Shown here: one piece after another, positions 58,068 through 64,000 of the stretch
How the letters are laid out: each line of letters begins with the position of its first letter
Position numbering within the stretch: position 1 is the stretch's first letter
Source: an archaeon
Lineage (GTDB): Archaea; Iainarchaeota; Iainarchaeia; Iainarchaeales; JAAZKV01
Reading direction: 5' to 3'
Length of the DNA: 64,000 nucleotides
NCBI GenBank assembly: GCA_035355675.1
Contig: DAOQRN010000002.1
Span: 1,986 to 65,985 of the forward strand
Program-made: the position numbers and the translations under genes
The notes under the pieces: generated by a model
The model's database searches: none
The model's input: the letters and a program-made list of their open reading frames with translations, nothing else
What the model was told of the DNA's origin: nothing

Positions 58068-59321
58068 GTGTTTTTTTTGAAAAAGTTTTATTTAGAGGGT
58101 TATGGTTGTTCACTTAATATTTCAGAAACAGAAAAAATTGATGATTTTTTAGAAAAAAATAACTACAAAAGAACTAATAAAATAAAAGATGCTGATTTTA
58201 TAATAATTAATACTTGTTCAGTAAAACAAGTAACTGAGCAAAGAATGCTTTCAAGAATTGAATATTTTTTATCTAATAAAAAAGAATCTTCAAAAATTAT
58301 TGTTTTTGGGTGTCTTGCAGCACATAAAAATAAAGAATTAACAAAAAAATTTCCGACAGTTTTTGTTTGTAATACTTCTCTTGAATCACTTTGCGCGGTT
58401 TTGGGAATAAAAAAACTTTTATTTTCCCCAAAAATATTGGGTAAAAAATCAAACCCTTTAGTTTCAATTATTCCTGTTAGTATTGGTTGTTTAGGGAATT
58501 GTACTTATTGTGCAACAAAATTAGCAAGACCCAATTTTAAATCATATTCTGTTAATGAAATTGATTTTGCATTTAAAAATGCTTTAGAGTCAGGTTCAAA
58601 AGAAATTTGGCTAACTTCACAAGACCTTGGGTGTTATGGTTTTGATATTAAAACAAATCTTGTTGATTTACTTAAAGTTTTACTAAAAAATGAGGGGAAT
58701 TATAAAATAAGACTTGGGATGATGAACCCTAATTTTTTAAAAAAAATTAGTGCTGATTTAATTCCTCTTTTTTCTGATGAAAGATTGTACAAATTTTTGC
58801 ATGTCCCTGTACAAGCAGGATCTGATAGAATTTTGAAATTAATGAATAGGGGGTACAAGAGTAAAGAATTTATTGATTTAGTCAAATCTTTTAGAAAAAA
58901 AGTAAAAGGCATTACATTTTCAACAGATATTATTGTTGGTTTTCCAACAGAAACCAAAAAAGATTTTGAAAAAACTTTGTATTTGTTAAAAAAAACTACT
59001 CCTGAAGTAGTAAATATTTCCAGATTTGCAAAAAGAAGCGGAACAAAAGCTACGAGTTTTAGTGGACAATTATCTGAAGAAACAAAAAAAGATTATTCAA
59101 GAAAATTAACAAAATTTTGTGATGAATATATGTTAATTAATAACAAAAAAACTATTGGATCTAAAGTTAATGTTTTAGTTTCAGAAAAGAAATCAGATAT
59201 TCTTTTTGTTGCTAGAACAAATAATTATAGGCCTGTAAATGTTGATTTTGGTTATTCAAATTTTGTTGATGTAGAAATTATTGAGGCATTTCCTCATTTC
59301 TTTAAAGGAGAAAAGTATTGA
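58068..59321 (+). CDS. tRNA methylthiotransferase (MiaB/MtaB family)
   Basis: YGCSLN, NTCSVK, GC, CLGNCTYC, TDIIVGFPTET, TRAM-like end. Confidence 0.92.
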   Translation: MFFLKKFYLEGYGCSLNISETEKIDDFLEKNNYKRTNKIKDADFIIINTCSVKQVTEQRMLSRIEYFLSNKKESSKIIVFGCLAAHKNKELTKKFPTVFVCNTSLESLCAVLGIKKLLFSPKILGKKSNPLVSIIPVSIGCLGNCTYCATKLARPNFKSYSVNEIDFAFKNALESGSKEIWLTSQDLGCYGFDIKTNLVDLLKVLLKNEGNYKIRLGMMNPNFLKKISADLIPLFSDERLYKFLHVPVQAGSDRILKLMNRGYKSKEFIDLVKSFRKKVKGITFSTDIIVGFPTETKKDFEKTLYLLKKTTPEVVNISRFAKRSGTKATSFSGQLSEETKKDYSRKLTKFCDEYMLINNKKTIGSKVNVLVSEKKSDILFVARTNNYRPVNVDFGYSNFVDVEIIEAFPHFFKGEKY

Positions 59322-59391
59322 TTTTTTTAGTTTTTTCTTTATTTTTTATAAAAATAATGGGTTTTTAAGACTTTTTTTACTATTCTAGTTT

Positions 59392-60195
59392 ATGTTTGAC
59401 ATTGTTTTGAAACGTACTTTTGAAGAATTCTCTGAAAATTTGAAAGTAGCATTGAGTTTTGGAGTATTATTTGTTTTTGTAGCTTTTTTTGTTTTTTTTG
59501 AACAATTTTTTATTTCATCAGGAACAGTTTTTTTGTTCTTTGACATTAACTTACTTGCAATAATTGGTTTAGTTGGTGTATTAGCTTTTTTGTATGCTTT
59601 TTCTTTTTTCATTTCTTTAACAGTTTACTCAATTCAAAGAGATATTCACAGATTAACACTTGATGATTATTGGAATGTTTTATTAAAAAAAGGGGCATTA
59701 AATATTTTTATTTTTTACTTTTCTTTAGCTTTATTATTTTTTGTTTTATCAACTTTAGGTTTAACTTTTTCACAAATTATTTTTTCAAGTGTAATAATGT
59801 TTGTAATTTCAACACTATTAATGTATGTTCCACAAAGTATTATTTTTGATGAAGTTGGAATTGGTTCAGGAATACGAGAAAGTGTTTCTTTTTGGAGAAA
59901 AAATTTTGGAGTTAGTTTTGGGATATTATTTTTATCTACGCTCGCTTTATTTTTAATAATTATTATTGAATTTGTTGTTGATTTTTTTGGTTTTCCGGGA
60001 TCAATAATTTCATTTGTTTTAGTTTTAATATTTTTAATTCCATTCGTTGAACAAATGAAATCATATGCATATATTTTGAAAAATAATTTAATTAGAGCGC
60101 CTGAAATTAGTAGTGCGAAACACAAAAAGAAATTTATCGATCCTTTTGAAAGAACAACTAGACTAAGGGAAAGAAATCCAAAAGGAAAATTATAA
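59392..60195 (+). CDS. Polytopic membrane protein
   Basis: About six TMs, basic tail. Confidence 0.7.
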   Translation: MFDIVLKRTFEEFSENLKVALSFGVLFVFVAFFVFFEQFFISSGTVFLFFDINLLAIIGLVGVLAFLYAFSFFISLTVYSIQRDIHRLTLDDYWNVLLKKGALNIFIFYFSLALLFFVLSTLGLTFSQIIFSSVIMFVISTLLMYVPQSIIFDEVGIGSGIRESVSFWRKNFGVSFGILFLSTLALFLIIIIEFVVDFFGFPGSIISFVLVLIFLIPFVEQMKSYAYILKNNLIRAPEISSAKHKKKFIDPFERTTRLRERNPKGKL

Positions 60196-60218
60196 ATAAA
60201 AAAATCTTGTTTTTTTGT

Positions 60219-61763
60219 TTAGTTTTTAAAACTAATTAGTTTTATTTTTTCTTTGATTAGTTCTTCAACATCATTAATTGACTTTGCTGGTTTTAAAAAA
60301 TTATATTCCGTTTCATTTTTGTTTATTATGAGCCCTTCATCAATTTCTCTATTTTGTAAATTTATTTGTTCAAATTTAGTTTGAGCGAGTTTTGTGCAAT
60401 CCAAAAGAATTTCTTCACTAAAAAGTACACTTATTTCTTTTGTAATTTTTTTAACACATTCATTTGGCTTCATTTCCGTGAAATATTTTGTTAAGTTATT
60501 TAGGTTGGTTATTCCAATTCCTGTTTTATTTTTTTCAATTAAAAACTTGCTTAAAAATTGTTTTTTTGAAAGAATCTCATTTCTTTGTTTTTCAATTTTT
60601 TTCACTTCTTCACTTATTTCTTTAAGTTCTTTAATAAATTCTTCAAAACTATTTCCTTGAGCAATTTTTTCTAAATTAATATTGATAAATGAATTAATTG
60701 TGGGGGTAATTGAGTAAGTGTTTTCTGATGATGGAAAATATTCTTTTTCAGAACAGTTAAGTATTGTTAGTTGTTTGTTTAATTTTTTTAATAAATTTAA
60801 TTCAAATGTGGAATCAATACTAATTACACATTCTTTTCTTTCAATTAGTTGTTCTCCAATTAATAGTGCGTTTGTTTTGTTGCCCTTTGTATTTAGTATT
60901 TCTGGGGTAAATAGTTCTATTGATAGTTTTGTTTCTTTTGGTAATATGTTTAAATATTCAATTAATTTGATTCCGATTTTTTTTGATTGGTTTTGGTTTT
61001 TACAAAATTCAGAAAGTGTGTGTGTTGCACCATAAATACTTATTGTGGTAAAAACCATTTTTTGTTTTTCAATGATTTTTCTTATATTTTGGGAGATTGT
61101 TTTGTCTTCATCTTCAAATTTTTCAAATAGATGTGTGTGTGAAAAAATTCTTGAAGAGTATCCTTCAATATCTTCAATGTGTATTGTTCCTTCGCAGTGT
61201 AATTCTCTTGCTTTTTTTGGTAGCACTAAAGCAATGTTGTATTCTCTCACTCCTTCTCCAAAATATGGTTTTTTATCTATTTTTTCTTTAATATCAAATG
61301 CAGCACTACCAAGTCTTGCATAATTATTTCTAACTTCTTCATAATTGTAAGAAATTAGTTTTGAGTTAACAAGTTCTCTAATTAAAGTAGTGCTAAGAGT
61401 TTCTATTTTTGCATCTTTTATTTGATTTTCTACTTCAAGAGTTATTTTTTCAGCTATGTTTCTTGGCAAATTTGTTTCTTTTAAAAGTGATTTAATTATG
61501 TGCCCTCTATTAAATGGGAGAATTTTTTCGTTTGTTGTGTAAACCTTCATTTGGTTGAATTTGTTATAAATTATTGCTGCTTGGGGATCAAGTTCTTCTA
61601 AAAGTTTTTGAGATTTTTCTCTAAGTTTTTTCTCACTTGTTGTATTCATTTCAGTTAGTTCTTTTACTATTTTTGTAATGGTCCAGGGAGTTGCATTTGC
61701 TTCCATTATTTCTTTTGCAATTACTTGTATTTTTTCTTCAATAATTTTCATATTTTTTCCCAC
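60219..61763 (-). CDS. ATP-cone protein resembling a degenerate class III ribonucleotide reductase (NrdD-like)
   Basis: FNRGHIIKSLLKET..IRELVNSKL ATP cone; LPKKARELHCEGTIHIEDIE like NrdD 'AH..GDIHIHDL'; ININLEKIA; no C-terminal glycyl-radical motif. Confidence 0.65.
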   Translation of the reverse strand: MGKNMKIIEEKIQVIAKEIMEANATPWTITKIVKELTEMNTTSEKKLREKSQKLLEELDPQAAIIYNKFNQMKVYTTNEKILPFNRGHIIKSLLKETNLPRNIAEKITLEVENQIKDAKIETLSTTLIRELVNSKLISYNYEEVRNNYARLGSAAFDIKEKIDKKPYFGEGVREYNIALVLPKKARELHCEGTIHIEDIEGYSSRIFSHTHLFEKFEDEDKTISQNIRKIIEKQKMVFTTISIYGATHTLSEFCKNQNQSKKIGIKLIEYLNILPKETKLSIELFTPEILNTKGNKTNALLIGEQLIERKECVISIDSTFELNLLKKLNKQLTILNCSEKEYFPSSENTYSITPTINSFININLEKIAQGNSFEEFIKELKEISEEVKKIEKQRNEILSKKQFLSKFLIEKNKTGIGITNLNNLTKYFTEMKPNECVKKITKEISVLFSEEILLDCTKLAQTKFEQINLQNREIDEGLIINKNETEYNFLKPAKSINDVEELIKEKIKLISFKN

Positions 61764-61950
61764 AATTAGATTTCAATAAAGTATTCTTGTTGGAAAATGT
61801 TATTAAATAAATTTTATTTGAGTTTTATTAAAATTGATGTCCAAAAAAGTGTGATTATTTAACTATTTTTTGTTTTTTTGTTAGGAAACTAAATTTTTAA
61901 GGCTTTGTGGGGTTGTTTTATTTAACTTTAATGGTTTTTGTTGTTTAATT

Positions 61951-62436
61951 TTGGTGGTTATTTTGGTTGTTCCTCTTGATAAAATTGATCATATTATTTT
62001 GCAAGCACTTCTTTTAGATGGGAGAGCTTCTTTTTCAGCAATAGCTCGTGAAACAAAATTAACTGATGTTGCAATAAAGAAAAGATTTGAGTCTCTTAAA
62101 AAAAGAGGAGTAATTGATTCGGTTTCAGTTGACCTTAATTACAAAGTATTAGGTTATGAAAATCCAATTTTTTTACAACTTAGAACTGATGTTTCAAAAA
62201 ATAAAGATATTATAAAAAAACTTCAAGGGATGGATTTTGTAATAGAACTTTACCAAGTTTTGGGTGAGTATAATTTGATTGCAAAATTAATTGTTCCAAA
62301 CCTTGATAGTGCTGAAAAATTTATTTCTCAGCTTGGTTTAATTGATGGAGTAATTGATCTAAAAACAATGGTTGTATTATCTGATGTAAAAAAATCAAAA
62401 ACACTTCCTGCATCAACTTTACAAAATAAGATTTAA
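61951..62436 (+). CDS. Lrp/AsnC family regulator
   Basis: LDKIDHIILQAL..DGRASFSAIA, VLGEYNL. Confidence 0.92.
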   Translation: MVVILVVPLDKIDHIILQALLLDGRASFSAIARETKLTDVAIKKRFESLKKRGVIDSVSVDLNYKVLGYENPIFLQLRTDVSKNKDIIKKLQGMDFVIELYQVLGEYNLIAKLIVPNLDSAEKFISQLGLIDGVIDLKTMVVLSDVKKSKTLPASTLQNKI

Positions 62437-62607
62437 TTTTTAATCAAATAATTACTATAATTAAATTTTGCCATTTTTATCTAAATTAATATTTTTTTTA
62501 TAAATTTTCATATTTTTTGAATTGTCGATTTATCCTCTTGGTTTTTTATTCTTTTTCTTCTCTCTTTATTCTTATAGTTGATAAATATTTTTTGATTTGT
62601 GGTTTTA

Positions 62608-64000
62608 ATGGATCTAATTATTTCAGAGAAAGCTATTGCTGGTGAAAGAATTGCAGAACTTTTAGCTGATGGAAAAGTACAAAATAAAACAATTAATGGA
62701 GCTAGAGTGTTTGAGTTTGAGTGGAAGGGTAATCCAATTAGATTAATTCCATTAAGGGGTCATATTAGTAATGTTGAGTTTCCAAAAAAATACTCTAATT
62801 GGATTGGGATTGATGTAAGGGATTTAATTACAGCGCCTGTTATTTATTCAGAAACAGAAAAATTAATTATTGATTGTATTCGTTTCTCTGCGCCAGAAGC
62901 AAATAATATAATTATTGCAACTGATGCTGATAGAGAGGGGGAAGCAATTGGTCTTGAAGCAATTAATTATGCAAAAGAAACAAACAAAAATATTAAAATT
63001 CAAAGAGCATATTTTTCAGCAATCACAAAAGAGGATGTGGATAAATCTTTTAATAATTTAGAAAAATTTGATTTTAATTTTGCTTACTCCGCAAATGCTA
63101 GAAGAGAAATTGATTTAATTTGGGGGGCGGTGCTTACAAGATTTCTTTCACTTGTTTCAGGCCAAATTGGAAAAGATTTTTTAAGTGTTGGAAGAGTTCA
63201 AACACCAACCCTTGCACTTGTTGTTGATAGGGAAAAAGAAAGATTAGCATTTGATCAAAAAAAATATTGGGAAGTAATTGCAAAGTGTGAAAAGAATGCA
63301 GAAAAATTTGACGCAATTCATATTGAAGAAAAATTTTGGGAAAAAGAAAAAGCATTAAGTGTTTTTAATAAAAATCCAAAAAAAGCAGTGGTTAAAAAAA
63401 TTGATAAAAAAATTAGGGTATTAAAAAAACCAGTTCCGTTTAACACTACTGAATATATTAGAGCAGCAACTGCAATTGGGTTTTCTGCTGGTAAAGCTAT
63501 GTCAATAGCTGAATCGCTTTATCAAAGAGGATTTACATCATACCCAAGAACTGATAATTCAACTTATCCAAAATCTCTTGACTTAAAAGATGTATTAAAC
63601 AAATTAGCTTCTGTTACTGAGATTAGGGATGATGTTGCCAAGATTTTAGCTCAAAAGGAAATAATTCCTTCTAGTGGAAAAGAAACAAAAGATCATCCGC
63701 CAATTTACCCAGTTGGTGTTGTTCAAAAAAGTGCTCTCACTCTTGATGATTGGAAAATTTATGAATTAATTTGTAGAAGATTTTTAGCAACTCTTTCAGA
63801 AGATGCAAAAACAGAAAATGTGTCAGTTTTGCTTGACGCGAGTGGAGAAAATTTTGTTTCAAGAGGGCAAATAATTCTTTACTTTGGTTGGAAAGAAATT
63901 TATCCTTATAGTAAAGTTTCTGAAGTAATTTTACCAAAACTTGAAGTTGATGATGTTGTTAATATTGAAAAACTTGAATTAACTGAAAAAGAAACTCAAC
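62608..64000 (+). CDS. topA: Type IA DNA topoisomerase, truncated by window end (not in ORF track)
   Basis: MDLIISEK, LRGHI, ATDADREGEAIG, SVGRVQTPTL, SYPRTD, DHPPIYP. Confidence 0.95.
   Translation, partial: MDLIISEKAIAGERIAELLADGKVQNKTINGARVFEFEWKGNPIRLIPLRGHISNVEFPKKYSNWIGIDVRDLITAPVIYSETEKLIIDCIRFSAPEANNIIIATDADREGEAIGLEAINYAKETNKNIKIQRAYFSAITKEDVDKSFNNLEKFDFNFAYSANARREIDLIWGAVLTRFLSLVSGQIGKDFLSVGRVQTPTLALVVDREKERLAFDQKKYWEVIAKCEKNAEKFDAIHIEEKFWEKEKALSVFNKNPKKAVVKKIDKKIRVLKKPVPFNTTEYIRAATAIGFSAGKAMSIAESLYQRGFTSYPRTDNSTYPKSLDLKDVLNKLASVTEIRDDVAKILAQKEIIPSSGKETKDHPPIYPVGVVQKSALTLDDWKIYELICRRFLATLSEDAKTENVSVLLDASGENFVSRGQIILYFGWKEIYPYSKVSEVILPKLEVDDVVNIEKLELTEKETQ

Overview
AT-rich archaeal chromosome segment. 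The gene set (SRP54/FtsY, eIF6, L31e/L39e/S19e, DnaG, Hjc, NurA/HerA/Rad50, class I CCA enzyme, pelota, ABCE1, RFC, Nre) and the compact layout suggest a DPANN archaeon, possibly Ca. Iainarchaeota/Diapherotrites (inference). Most of the window is housekeeping. It holds four tRNAs (Gly-TCC, Gly-GCC, Val-TAC, intron-containing Arg-TCG), an ArsR-iscS-iscU operon and a large type IV pilus locus with many class III signal-peptide proteins. The best novelty candidate is an unannotated 19-aa Thr-rich leader ORF (MEIVIEFMPITSTSTTTTQ) followed by a hairpin and U7 tract directly upstream of a bacterial-type threonyl-tRNA synthetase, i.e. a probable ribosome-sensing attenuator in an archaeon. Other leads: two ~100-bp 'duplicated gene 3' end + GC-rich hairpin' elements, two apparently dead enzymes (PolB-like, NrdD-like), an FG/Q/N/R low-complexity insert in DnaG, a frameshift-split membrane wHTH regulator next to palindromic operators, and an SmtB/CzrA-type operator on the isc operon. 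All product calls come from motif recognition by eye; no searches were run.
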